From Chloropicon primus (Eukaryota), in NCBI GenBank assembly GCA_023205875.1, contig CP060754.1, positions 62,001-126,000 on the forward strand: 64,000 nt of DNA, written 5' to 3'. The translations under genes and the position numbers were made by a program. The notes under the pieces are model-generated. The model was not told where the DNA came from, searched no databases, and saw only the letters and a list, made by a program, of their open reading frames with translations. Every line of letters starts with the position of its first letter. Position 1 is the first letter of the stretch. Positions 1 to 9,648 of the stretch are shown here, in pieces.

Positions 1-420
1 TGCAGTGCCTCGGGAACGATCGTCTTCTTGTGGGTGTTCTTTTTCGTGAGGAGGGGCCGCGAAAGGAGTCATCCTGAAGAAGGTGTAAGGAGAGGAAGCA
101 GCAGGGACAGGCTCTTGGACTACATCGAGCTTATCGATGAGGACAGTGACAACGACACCGAAAGCAGTGCTGGAGAGGGGGAGGGGGAGCAATCCGAGGA
201 CGAGGAGAAAGGGGAAGTCCTGAGAAACGTCGCAGGTGACGAAAGTGCGAAAGATGCATCTGACGGGTGCGTCATTTGCATGAGCTCCAAGAAGCTTGTG
301 GTTTTAGTGCCCTGTGGCCACTCTTCCATTTGCAGAAAATGTTCGAGGAGACTTGACACTTGTCCGTTCTGCAGGCAACCCATCATAAAGAGGCAAAAGA
401 TATATTTTGCAGGGAACTGA
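1..420 (+). CDS. 3' part of a membrane-anchored C3HC4 RING-finger E3 ligase (5' end outside window)
   Basis: Frame is open from base 1: hydrophobic TIVFLWVFFFV, an acidic linker, then CVICMSSKKLVVLVPCGHSSICRKCSRRLDTCPFCRQPI (zf-C3HC4_3 pattern). TGTAA at 484. Confidence 0.85.
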   Translation, partial: CSASGTIVFLWVFFFVRRGRERSHPEEGVRRGSSRDRLLDYIELIDEDSDNDTESSAGEGEGEQSEDEEKGEVLRNVAGDESAKDASDGCVICMSSKKLVVLVPCGHSSICRKCSRRLDTCPFCRQPIIKRQKIYFAGN

Positions 421-534
421 AGGAGCTTCTCTGGAAACCCTTGATGATCCCCCTTTTCTGTACCTTTTTGTTTATTAACTGGATGTAACAGTATTCTTCA
501 GATCAAGACGAGCCAACAAAAAGAAAGTGTTGCA

Positions 535-3500
535 TTACAAAAGACTCGCAATGTCGTCTTCGCGCAAGACATTGTCGTAGAGGAACAGATCCTTCACGAC
601 TCCCGCAAAGGAGTTTGTGGATCCAACTCTCGCCTTCCCAAAGGTCGGAGGGATCGCTTGGCTCAGTCTTGCGGTGCTGACAAACCCATCGCCGCTGTCC
701 CCGCGTCCCATGTACAGAGTCAGCTTCTTGCCTTCAAAGACTAGCACGATGGACAAGGGCTTCCTGATCTGAACCTTGTCGATCTCGATCGGCGAGACTT
801 CGCCATTGATCACGATGCTCAGGATATCATTCCCTTCACCCGTGATCTCTGAATTCAACTTGAGCTGAATGTAGAGGTCCAGGGGCAGCTCTTGGCACTG
901 CGATATCAGCTGGAACATGGTTTGATGGATCCGGCTGTACGTGTCGAGAGAGAAGGTGAACCCCATGCTGAAGTTGTTTCCAGTCAGGCCGACGTCTGAG
1001 ATAAGCAGGTACTGGTCCTTTCCGTCAAAATGAACCCCATTTGGCGTGAAAGAGTCAGAATCCAGGCCCCCGTTCCCAACCGCGTAGCTGCTCGGGCCGT
1101 AAGCGCCCGAGTTTGTCCCGTTGAGCGTCAACGGGTAGTAGTACTGAGGTATCACAGGTAAGCTGGCTTTTCTCACCCTCACGCCAGCGTGAACTTCTTC
1201 GGTAAGGTTGGACATGGCTTTCAGATGCTCGCTCAGATTGGTGCATACCGCTCCGCCGGCTCCAAGGTCAAAGCTGCCGCTGGGTCCATCGGCAACGATC
1301 GCGTCGGTGTCCGCCCTTGGAGTTACTTCCACTTCCTCCCCGTCTTCTACTTCTGCTTCAGATCCTTTGCAGAATCTCGCAATGTCTTCTGGGGAAAGTA
1401 CCTCTTCAAATATCTTTACGTTCTTGATCGATCCTTCCAAATTCTCACCCCTCAATTCCGACGAAGAAGCGGTGTCTCCCCCGATCCACATTTCACCTTG
1501 GAAGTTTGGCAGCTGTGGCATCCCCCCCTTCCTGTCAACCAACCAGCCATTCTCGTAGAAGTACCACAAGCCCTCCTTGTCGTCAACAGCAATGGCAATG
1601 TTGTTATCGATGTTGTCTTGCAGAACAAGGGTAGAAGTGTAACCAACTGGACCGGTCTCGAACCTCAACTTGCTCACGTCGTTTTCTGCTTTGGCACTGA
1701 TTGTGAAGTTCCACTTATTGGACAAGCCTCTGAGTAAGGTGCTGTCGAGTCTTGCGGTGGGTGATGTGACTGAGAAGCAGATCGTCGTGCCTTCGCCCTC
1801 GTTGAGCTTCACCTCAGGGATCTGAAGAAAGCTCTTGCGACCCAGGGTAACTCCAGAGTCGAGGAACTCTGATCTGCTGACTGTGCCCACGAGCTTGTAT
1901 GATGAGTTGCCCACCCTTTTGCTGGTACCGTACGGGGGAGCGTCCGTGAGAGGCCAATTGTACGCCGGAACCTTCTCCCTTGTGCTTCCCATGTGAGTCG
2001 CTCCCGACAGCAGCGCGATGAAGTTCGCTGTTTGCTCAGAGTCGAACAGCAAGTTGTTGATGGGAAGGATGATCCCATCGCTGCACAACTTTACCCCAAG
2101 CAGTTGGGCGATTCCGCAAGGATTTTCTGTCACCCCGGAGTTTTGCCAGTTCAGGCCCGGTACCGTGCTCCCGTCGTAAGACGGATCGGTGCAAAACTCC
2201 AGGTAATCCGTCATGCAATCCTCCTTGGCCACGTGGTAAAACCGGGCCACTGCTTCTTCCACGTAGTACTCCTTCAACAGGCAGGCAGGTTTCTTCGTTG
2301 CGATGTAGAGAGACGAGCTCCCGTCGTCCTTTCGCTCCATGATGAATGTCACGTTCGGGGCGTTCGTGCGCCCGCCACTGGGCAGTTCCATGACTGTGTG
2401 CCGCGACCCAAGATTGGTCTCCAGAAGCTTTCCGATGCCAATCTTGCCAAAAGGGTTTTCCCTGAACTCGTCCAACTTGTAAACAACCGAATGCCTGTTG
2501 ATCACCTCCCTCATTCTTTCCTTCTTGAGCACGACCCTCGGGCTCACTTGCGCGAACTTCAACATCTTCAGGATGGCGGTGTCCGAGGGCAGAAACAAGA
2601 CAGAGAAGGTCGACTCCTCGATCTTTTTCTTCCAAAAGACCGATTCGCGCAGGGCCTCGCTGATGATACTCACGAAACACACCTCCTCCTGGTTCTCCAA
2701 CGCGTGGCCGAGGCACGATTTTTCCTCCCGCATGAGATCCTGCAAAATGCATTGTTGGTTGTAGTCTATGCTCCCGCTGATGCTCGACGACGTGTTCTTC
2801 CTTCCCGGATCGATCCTCCCGAAGGATTTTTCCAGCCGCCCCGCCGCCTCGCCACCTTCCGAAGTGAGGTCCACGTTCGAGTTCCCATTCGCGGTCGGGA
2901 GACCCACATCCGTGAGGGTCTGGTTCAAGGTTTTGATCACGCTCTGCAGCTCCTTGGGAAGCCTCTCGATCGCCCTGATCACCCTGATGTTGTCCTCCGT
3001 AACGTTCCTGGACATGACGAACTCCGAGAAGCTCACCAGTGATTCTTCCTGCAGGGGCGAACTCGTCTGGTTAAGGATCTTGTCGTACACCTTTGAGAGG
3101 ATTTCGGACGCGACGAGGGGCTCCTCGGCACCTTCCACGGCACTGTCGTCGTCGTCATCGTAATCGTACGCGATAGCCTGGGCATCCGCGCCACCACCCA
3201 TCTCGGAGACCGTGTCCATCGTCAAGTTCAGCAGGAGCTGCACGACGTGGAGGCGTGCGCTCTCCAGCACCTCCTCCTCCACCTCCTCCACCACGGCAAA
3301 CCCTCTCCCCGGGCTGAAGGGCGAGGGAACTCCGCCGAGGAAGTCCACCAGGCTTGCACCGCCGCCGCCTCTGGTCTCCCCGTCCACTCCCCACTCCTCC
3401 TCCCCGCCGTCGTCGCCGTCGCCCAGGTTGAGTTTGGGCCTCTCACCACCGCCGTGCCCCGCAGGTTGCTGCGGGTGCTCGCCCGGCGGGGCGGCGAAGG

Positions 3501-3708
3501 ACTCGAGCCCGCCCAGGAAGGACTGCCAGTACCAGTTCACAGCGGCGTCCCACTGCGCTTGCGCTGGAATGGGGAAGCCCGTTTGCACTGCTGGGAACCC
3601 CCACTGGCCTCGGGCAGGGGCAACGGTCTGGGACACCAAGAGCACCACCGCGAGGTAGGCAAAGCGCCACGACCGCAGCGTTGTCCCGCCTCCGCTTCTT
3701 CCCTTCAT
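535..3708 (-). CDS. Large secreted protein with a fasciclin-like region and two LamG/concanavalin-A-like domains
   Basis: About 1057 aa from ATG 3708. Signal peptide (FAYLAVVLLVSQTVAPARG), FAS1-like motif (FSVLFLPSDTAI), and two LamG-like ends (MWIGG...GSIKNVKIFEEVLSPEDI; RVGSTNSFAGVVKDLFLYDNVLREDDI). Possible 5'UTR intron donor GTAAGC at 3890. Confidence 0.7.
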   Translation of the reverse strand: MKGRSGGGTTLRSWRFAYLAVVLLVSQTVAPARGQWGFPAVQTGFPIPAQAQWDAAVNWYWQSFLGGLESFAAPPGEHPQQPAGHGGGERPKLNLGDGDDGGEEEWGVDGETRGGGGASLVDFLGGVPSPFSPGRGFAVVEEVEEEVLESARLHVVQLLLNLTMDTVSEMGGGADAQAIAYDYDDDDDSAVEGAEEPLVASEILSKVYDKILNQTSSPLQEESLVSFSEFVMSRNVTEDNIRVIRAIERLPKELQSVIKTLNQTLTDVGLPTANGNSNVDLTSEGGEAAGRLEKSFGRIDPGRKNTSSSISGSIDYNQQCILQDLMREEKSCLGHALENQEEVCFVSIISEALRESVFWKKKIEESTFSVLFLPSDTAILKMLKFAQVSPRVVLKKERMREVINRHSVVYKLDEFRENPFGKIGIGKLLETNLGSRHTVMELPSGGRTNAPNVTFIMERKDDGSSSLYIATKKPACLLKEYYVEEAVARFYHVAKEDCMTDYLEFCTDPSYDGSTVPGLNWQNSGVTENPCGIAQLLGVKLCSDGIILPINNLLFDSEQTANFIALLSGATHMGSTREKVPAYNWPLTDAPPYGTSKRVGNSSYKLVGTVSRSEFLDSGVTLGRKSFLQIPEVKLNEGEGTTICFSVTSPTARLDSTLLRGLSNKWNFTISAKAENDVSKLRFETGPVGYTSTLVLQDNIDNNIAIAVDDKEGLWYFYENGWLVDRKGGMPQLPNFQGEMWIGGDTASSSELRGENLEGSIKNVKIFEEVLSPEDIARFCKGSEAEVEDGEEVEVTPRADTDAIVADGPSGSFDLGAGGAVCTNLSEHLKAMSNLTEEVHAGVRVRKASLPVIPQYYYPLTLNGTNSGAYGPSSYAVGNGGLDSDSFTPNGVHFDGKDQYLLISDVGLTGNNFSMGFTFSLDTYSRIHQTMFQLISQCQELPLDLYIQLKLNSEITGEGNDILSIVINGEVSPIEIDKVQIRKPLSIVLVFEGKKLTLYMGRGDSGDGFVSTARLSQAIPPTFGKARVGSTNSFAGVVKDLFLYDNVLREDDIASLL

Positions 3709-4454
3709 CCTCACTGATTCGTCGAGGCACTTTCCCGGCCGGGGTCGTCCAGCCCACGGTCAACCCTCGTCCTCTCCTTCCTTCCGTTACGCACGCACAC
3801 AGCCACAGCACGACGTTTCGGCTTCGCAGCGTTGACGCGTGTCCTTGGCGCGCGCCTGCCTCTCTTTGCTCCCTCCTCGCTCGAGCTTACCCTCCCTCCT
3901 CCATATCTCCTTCGTCTCCTTCGTCGTCGTCGTCGTCGTCGTCGTCGTTGTGGTCCCTGGCCGCTCGATGGTGTCGTGTCCCCCCAACACCCAACAACAT
4001 CAAGAGAGAGGAGGGTCTTGGAGACGAAATGGACAAGAACAGGAGGGGAAAGAGGAATGTGTGCCTAAGACTTCTCCACCAAACACACAGTCGAAACGAG
4101 TCTCCAGGGAGACTTTACGTCTCTGGTGTGTCATGCCAAGACCCAAGGGACTCCCTTGATGGGAGCGTTGTTGTTCCCTGTACATCCTCTCTCTAAAGTT
4201 CGAGTCGAATGGAGTTGGATGACACTAAAAACCTAAAAAAAAACACCGGGTCGCTTCCCGTTCCACGAGGTTTACGCCAACGCCTGCATGCGTTTGCTCT
4301 TCCGCATTGCTCGTGAGAGGGCGTCGGAACCGTTCTACGCCCTGTTCGTCCTGCGCCCTTCCCCTGCGCCCCGCGTCGTTACGTTTTTACTCGGAATTCT
4401 TGGCTTGCCTCTTCCTCTTTCCCCAAGAAGATGTTTGTTTGTTTGTTTGTTTGT

Positions 4455-4480
4455 CCTAAAACCTAAAACCTAAAACCTAA
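4455..4480. repeat. Interstitial telomere-like array (CCTAAAA)3CCTAA (TTTTAGG type)
   Basis: cctaaaacctaaaacctaaaacctaa read directly. Confidence 0.7.
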
Positions 4481-5256
4481 TGTTCTTCTTTCTTCTTTGT
4501 TTTTTGTTCGTCGACCTTGTCCCGTTCTTGGCTTGGCTTCCGTCCTGGTTCTCCAGGGGGTGATTCGTTAATCCCAATCACGAGAGGGTGCACCCTCCCT
4601 TCCGCTCGGTCCTTGTTTCTTGTTTCTTGTTTCTTGTTTCTTGTTTCTTTTTCCCCTGCGGATCTTTCCTCTTCCCGTTAAGGCAAGGAAGTCTTCCGTG
4701 TCCTCGTCTTGTCTTGTCTTGTGGTTTCTTGGCCTCTCCCTTCTCCCTTCTCCCTTCCTCTTCCTCTTTCCTCTGTTCCTCATTTGTTGGGTTGGGAAAA
4801 GGAGACGAGAGGAGGAGGGCCTTGCAACGAAAAAGAACGTGACAACGAAGCGACGAGAGAGAGACGAGAGACGAGGGACAAGGAGCCGCGCAAGCGAGCG
4901 ACCGACCGCCTTGGCGCACGATACACGATACACGGCAGGGACGAACGACCAAAGCAGGGACGAACGACCGCCAGGGGGAGAGACGGAGACACGAGCGAGG
5001 CGCGGCGAGAGGAGAGGGGTTGCTGGGACTCAACCCAACGGCGTTGCAGGCAGAGGGAACGGAGGCAGAGGGAACGGGGCGCGAGGACCCGAGGACGAGC
5101 GACGTCCAATGGTGGTGTGCGACCAGGGGGTGTAGTTGTGGGGTGACTGTCTCTGTGATGCAGTAGGCTCCTTTGCGACGGCGACGAGGGAGAAAGAGAG
5201 ACGACGCAGGGGAAGAGGCCGGTTGGTTATTTTTTTGAGAGGGGAGAGAGGACAAC

Positions 5257-6066
5257 ATGGGTTGCGCTTGGTTTGGGCCGAAGGTAACGGAACCGAGCAA
5301 GCTATCGCACGAGAGGCGGTCGCTGACCTGGCGCGCGACGGGAGTCGTCGCGCTCCGCGATGAGGGGCTCACGGACATTCCGAAGATCGCCTTCGAGCAG
5401 GGCCCGCTCGTCAAGGCCCTGGACGCTTCCCACAACAAGTTGGAGTACGTGGACGACGGCATTACGTACCTGAACAAGCTTCAGCGGCTGACGCTCTCGA
5501 ACAACAAGCTGAACTTCCTGAACGACAGAATCGTGCAGCTTTCCAAGCTCCGGGTCCTGATACTGAACGACAACCACCTTCGCGAGCTGCCCTCGACGAT
5601 AGGTCGTTTGACTCAGCTGGAGCACCTGAACCTGGAAAACAACGAGCTGCGCATGATACCCGAGTCCATAGGTTACATGACGCGACTCCACACGCTGCAC
5701 CTGGGGAGAAACAAGCTGAAGACCCTGCCCGAGACGATAGGTGGGTGCTTCTCCCTGGAGGAGATAGACGCGACGAAGAACCAGCTGGAAAAGCTCCCGG
5801 AGTACATCTGCAAGCTGGAAATTCTCAAGGTTCTCCTGGTGGACAATAACTTAATCGAGGAGCTGCCCCAGAAGCTCTTCACGGACTGCAAGATGCTTGC
5901 CACGTTCTCGATACACAAGAACCCCATCGAGACGAAAACGATTCAGTCCATCCCCAACTTCAAGGAGTACAACGAGAGGAGGGTGCAGAAATACGACAAG
6001 CAGATCTACGGCGGAGGAATGAAAGAAAATCTAAGCTTTGACGAGGGTTTCGACAAGGACACTTAG
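5257..6066 (+). CDS. Leucine-rich repeat protein (LRRC57-like), probably N-myristoylated/palmitoylated
   Basis: MGC N-terminus and about 7 LxxLxLxxNxL repeats; C-terminal YNERRVQKYDKQ; TGTAA at 6170. Confidence 0.85.
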   Translation: MGCAWFGPKVTEPSKLSHERRSLTWRATGVVALRDEGLTDIPKIAFEQGPLVKALDASHNKLEYVDDGITYLNKLQRLTLSNNKLNFLNDRIVQLSKLRVLILNDNHLRELPSTIGRLTQLEHLNLENNELRMIPESIGYMTRLHTLHLGRNKLKTLPETIGGCFSLEEIDATKNQLEKLPEYICKLEILKVLLVDNNLIEELPQKLFTDCKMLATFSIHKNPIETKTIQSIPNFKEYNERRVQKYDKQIYGGGMKENLSFDEGFDKDT

Positions 6067-6278
6067 TAGTAGAGGAACATGACGAGTGCCTTCTTGGCTG
6101 CAATGACCCTTTTTCGTGGTTGGTTTGTGGGCATTACAGCAGCAGGCAACTTTTCGTACGGGAACGGTTTGTAATTGTATTTAGTTTGTTCACTAGTAGT
6201 CTACACTAAAACGGACATTGTCCCGAAGATAAACAGAGTCTTAACCCCCCTCTAGCCCCAACTCCCTCTCTCTCTCTC

Positions 6279-7376
6279 TCAGCGCTTTGCAAACGTTTGC
6301 GACACGAGGAGAGGAAAGATGATCGTCGCGTCCCCGTACACCTTGACGGGCTTTGCGTTCTGCTTTATTTTCCCCCAGGACTTGGCCTCGTCCGGCCGAG
6401 CTCCCGAGTCGCTGCCGTCGAACTCCTGGGCGGTGTTGACGTACACAGCATAGTCCGCCCCGTTCCTCATCAGGTTGGCGTTGCAGATGTGGTGCTTGCA
6501 GACGCCTCCGCCCAAAATGATCATCCCCGTCTTCCTTGGGGCAGCCTTCACCGCCTCCGTGTTGATGGATCTTATGTCCTGGACCAAGTCAACGACGAGT
6601 CCCGGGTTCTTGTAAGAGTGGAAGTACAGCATGTCCCCGATCGACCCGTCCGTCAGCGCTGGGCAGTACATCGGGATGGAGTTCTTCCACGCCCAGTAGC
6701 ACACGGATTCCTCGTTGTTGATTTCCTTGCCCAGCCTCGCGATGACCCTCGAGGGGGTCCACAGGACCCCGTCCTTCTTCTGCTCCTCGAGCATCGCGTC
6801 GAGAACGGGCATGATCCAGTCCTCGAACGAGCAGTAGTTGTCGTTGGGCACGAGGAGGTTTCCAATCCTGTTCAGGCCCTGGGACCTCAGCTCCGTGCCC
6901 TTGAGAGCGAAGTCTCCCAGGTATGTCTTCCCCAGGCACTTGATGAGGTCCTCCTCGATCCCTCCCGCGGTCGTCACCACGCAGTCCACCATCTTATTCT
7001 TCACCAGGTACTTTATCGACTCCCTGACCCCCGAGGAGATGAGGTTCGAGGTGTACCCGAGAAATATCTTGCACTTGACCCCCTTCCTGAACTCGGGGTC
7101 GAGGTGCTCCTCCGGCTCGTCCTTCCCGACCGCCTCATCGCTGAGTCTCCACCGGATCATCTTGTTGATCTCCTCCGCGGCCTGCCCGAAGCTCGTCGCC
7201 TGGAACCCCGTGTACAGCATCCTCTCCAGCACTCGTGTGGCGTGGTCTCCCCCCTCCTCCGTCGTCGTCGTCTCCTCGAAGTCGTACCCCAGAACCGTCT
7301 TCGCCCCCTTTGGCATTTCCACCGACTTGACCAAGACGGCATCCGCCGCCAACTCCGGCACCTCACACCCCTCCAT
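6279..7376 (-). CDS. DHS: Deoxyhypusine synthase
   Basis: 365 aa from ATG 7376. Motifs [56 protein letters not shown]. Confidence 0.97.
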   Translation of the reverse strand: MEGCEVPELAADAVLVKSVEMPKGAKTVLGYDFEETTTTEEGGDHATRVLERMLYTGFQATSFGQAAEEINKMIRWRLSDEAVGKDEPEEHLDPEFRKGVKCKIFLGYTSNLISSGVRESIKYLVKNKMVDCVVTTAGGIEEDLIKCLGKTYLGDFALKGTELRSQGLNRIGNLLVPNDNYCSFEDWIMPVLDAMLEEQKKDGVLWTPSRVIARLGKEINNEESVCYWAWKNSIPMYCPALTDGSIGDMLYFHSYKNPGLVVDLVQDIRSINTEAVKAAPRKTGMIILGGGVCKHHICNANLMRNGADYAVYVNTAQEFDGSDSGARPDEAKSWGKIKQNAKPVKVYGDATIIFPLLVSQTFAKR

Positions 7377-7703
7377 ATTCACACCCCTCCTCTCCCTCTC
7401 TCCCTCTCTCCCTCTCTCCGCCCCAAGCCTGCAGCCTGCCTGCAGCCGCCTCCGCTCTCGCTCTCGCTCTCGCTGTACTTTTACACCTGTAAACCGACTC
7501 CAGCCGAGCGCGCCAAAACTGAAAAGGGGGAAAGACAGACGTGAGAAACGGCGGAGAGGCAAGGGCAAAACGGAACCAAGTTCACGCGACCGGGGGAAGA
7601 GAAGAGGAAGGAGGGACACAGGGAGCGTTGTCGGGAGCACAGGGGGCCGGGGACTACGTGCGGGAGAAAGAAGGAGAAGTTGACCAAACGAGGAAGAGAG
7701 AAA

Positions 7704-9263
7704 ATGTCGCAAGGGACGGGAATGGTGGGAGGGCGGAGAGTGCAGCCCATTCAGAGTCTGAACCCTTACATGGGGGCGACGTGGACGATAAGGGCAAGGG
7801 TTGCGAACAAGAGCAACATGAGGACTTACAAGAGCGCCAAGGGGGACGGAAATCTCTTCAACGTGGAGTTCATCGACGAGGAGGGAACGAGAATCGAGGC
7901 CACGCTCTGGAGGGAGGTCGCCCAAAAGTACTTTGAAAACATCGAGGAGGGCAAGGTGTACTACATCTCCAAGGCGGGGCTCAAGCCCGCGAACAAGGCT
8001 TTCTCGTCGGTGCAGAACGACTACCAGCTCCTCATCTCGGACAGGACGGAGATCGAGGAGTGCAACGACGCCAGCGCCGAGCAGCTGCAGAAGGTCAAGC
8101 CCAAGCTCAACGTGACCAAGATAGGAGACCTCCCCCGCCACCTGGGGAGCAGGATGCTCCTGGACATCATCGGCGTGGTGGCGAGCGTTTCTCCCCTCGG
8201 ATCCGTCAAGCGCAAGGTGGACCAGAGCGAGCTTGCCAGGAGAGACCTCACCATCTTCGACACGAGCGGCAGGCAGGTCACTGTCACCATGTGGCAGACG
8301 CTCGCTTCCGAGGAGGGCGACAAGTTGGACAAGATGCAGACGGTAAGGAGTGACCCCTCGGCTCCCCCTTGGCTCGACTCGTCGTGTCGCTCACACGCAA
8401 ACGCTAACGCAAACGCACACACACACACACACACACTCTTCTCTGTATTTCTCTCTTTTCTTGCCGAGCAGGAGTACCCCATCATCGCCCTTCAGGGCGT
8501 CAGAGCGAACGATTACAACGGCGTCTCCCTCTCGACGGTGAGCAGGAGCACCGTTATCATCAACCCTTCCACGGATGAGTCAAGCGATGACTTTATCCCG
8601 GAGGCCAAGGAGCTCAAGGAATGGTTATCGCAGCAGGGCGGGAAGATCGAGTATCCTCACTGCGGCGCCGGGCTCGCCAACAACGGGAGAACCAGCCTGG
8701 GCGGGGCAGCGAACAACACCAGAGTCACCCTCCAGGACCTGAGAGAGAAGCCCGTACCAGCTGTGGGCACGAAGCCAGAGTACGTGAACACCTGGGCCTA
8801 CGTGAGCAACATCCAGCCGGACCAGACCCTGTACTACATGGCCGCGCCGGATGGATCGAACAAGAAGGTCGTCGCGGAGGGCGACAGGTACTACTCGGAG
8901 GGCACGGGGAAGCACTACGACAGCTTCATCAGGAGATATGTCATGAGGTGCGAGGTGATGGATCACACGGGCAACTTGACTTTCAACGTGTTCAACGACC
9001 AGGCCGAGGTGATCTTGGGATGCAAAGCGGACGAGATCGCAGAGTCCAAGGAGAGCAAAGACGCTGCCTACGACGTCACCCTGAAGAACGCCTTGCTGGT
9101 CCCCTACACATTCCGCGTGGCGTGCAAGCCGGAGGAGTACAACAACCAGACGAGGCTGAGGTTCGCCGCACAGAGCCTGAAACCCCTCAACTTCGTCGAG
9201 CAGAGCACCTACCTCATCGGGCAGATCGACAACCTTCTGCCAAAGGCCGAGGCCGCTCACTAG
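7704..9263 (+). CDS. RPA1: Replication protein A 70 kDa subunit, short form lacking the N-terminal DBD-F; exons 7704-8342 and 8472-9263
   Basis: OB-fold motifs PIQSLNPY...WTIRARV...[21 protein letters not shown]...[10 protein letters not shown]. Intron 8343-8471 (GTAAGG...CAG, 129 nt, in frame). Confidence 0.93.
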   Translation: MSQGTGMVGGRRVQPIQSLNPYMGATWTIRARVANKSNMRTYKSAKGDGNLFNVEFIDEEGTRIEATLWREVAQKYFENIEEGKVYYISKAGLKPANKAFSSVQNDYQLLISDRTEIEECNDASAEQLQKVKPKLNVTKIGDLPRHLGSRMLLDIIGVVASVSPLGSVKRKVDQSELARRDLTIFDTSGRQVTVTMWQTLASEEGDKLDKMQTVRSDPSAPPWLDSSCRSHANANANAHTHTHTLFSVFLSFLAEQEYPIIALQGVRANDYNGVSLSTVSRSTVIINPSTDESSDDFIPEAKELKEWLSQQGGKIEYPHCGAGLANNGRTSLGGAANNTRVTLQDLREKPVPAVGTKPEYVNTWAYVSNIQPDQTLYYMAAPDGSNKKVVAEGDRYYSEGTGKHYDSFIRRYVMRCEVMDHTGNLTFNVFNDQAEVILGCKADEIAESKESKDAAYDVTLKNALLVPYTFRVACKPEEYNNQTRLRFAAQSLKPLNFVEQSTYLIGQIDNLLPKAEAAH

Positions 9264-9648
9264 ACCTGCTCAACGAGAGCAGTGGAGTGTGACCCACGCC
9301 CCTTCGTCTGCATTCAAGTCTTTGTAATCCAGCAACTCTTTCTCTACAGGAAGAAGGAAGAACACCTTCTCTCTCTTCGAGCTCCGCCCCGAATATTCGC
9401 CAGGTCCAGGCCGTGTTTCTCTCCGTGTTTCTCTCCGTGTTTCTCTCTTTCAGTGGAAAGGAGAGCTTGCCTTTGTGCTTCCAGTATTGACTGTGATTAT
9501 CTTACCGTCCTTTCGTGACTTTTCTGTGTGCTGTTTTTGATCTGATGTCTGAACACCATAACAAGTCACGAGGATCTCGCCTTGGGAAGGGAGAGGGCGT
9601 CGTCGCTTGTGAGTCACAACTCGTGGGATGGATGCGCGCTGAATCAAG

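Noticed and set aside
3715..5256. Many short overlapping ORFs in the gap
   Set aside because: They derive from microsatellites ((GTC)n, (TTGTTTC)n, GA tracts) and show no recognisable domains.
7377..8141. 255-aa N-terminal extension of DHS in the ORF track
   Set aside because: It is antisense to RPA1 and promoter DNA; DHS homology begins at ATG 7376.
9411..9448. Short tandem repeats (12-mer x3 here, 17-mer x2 near 28835, (CCCCAAA)n near 12550)
   Set aside because: Ordinary slippage repeats in UTRs with no further structure.
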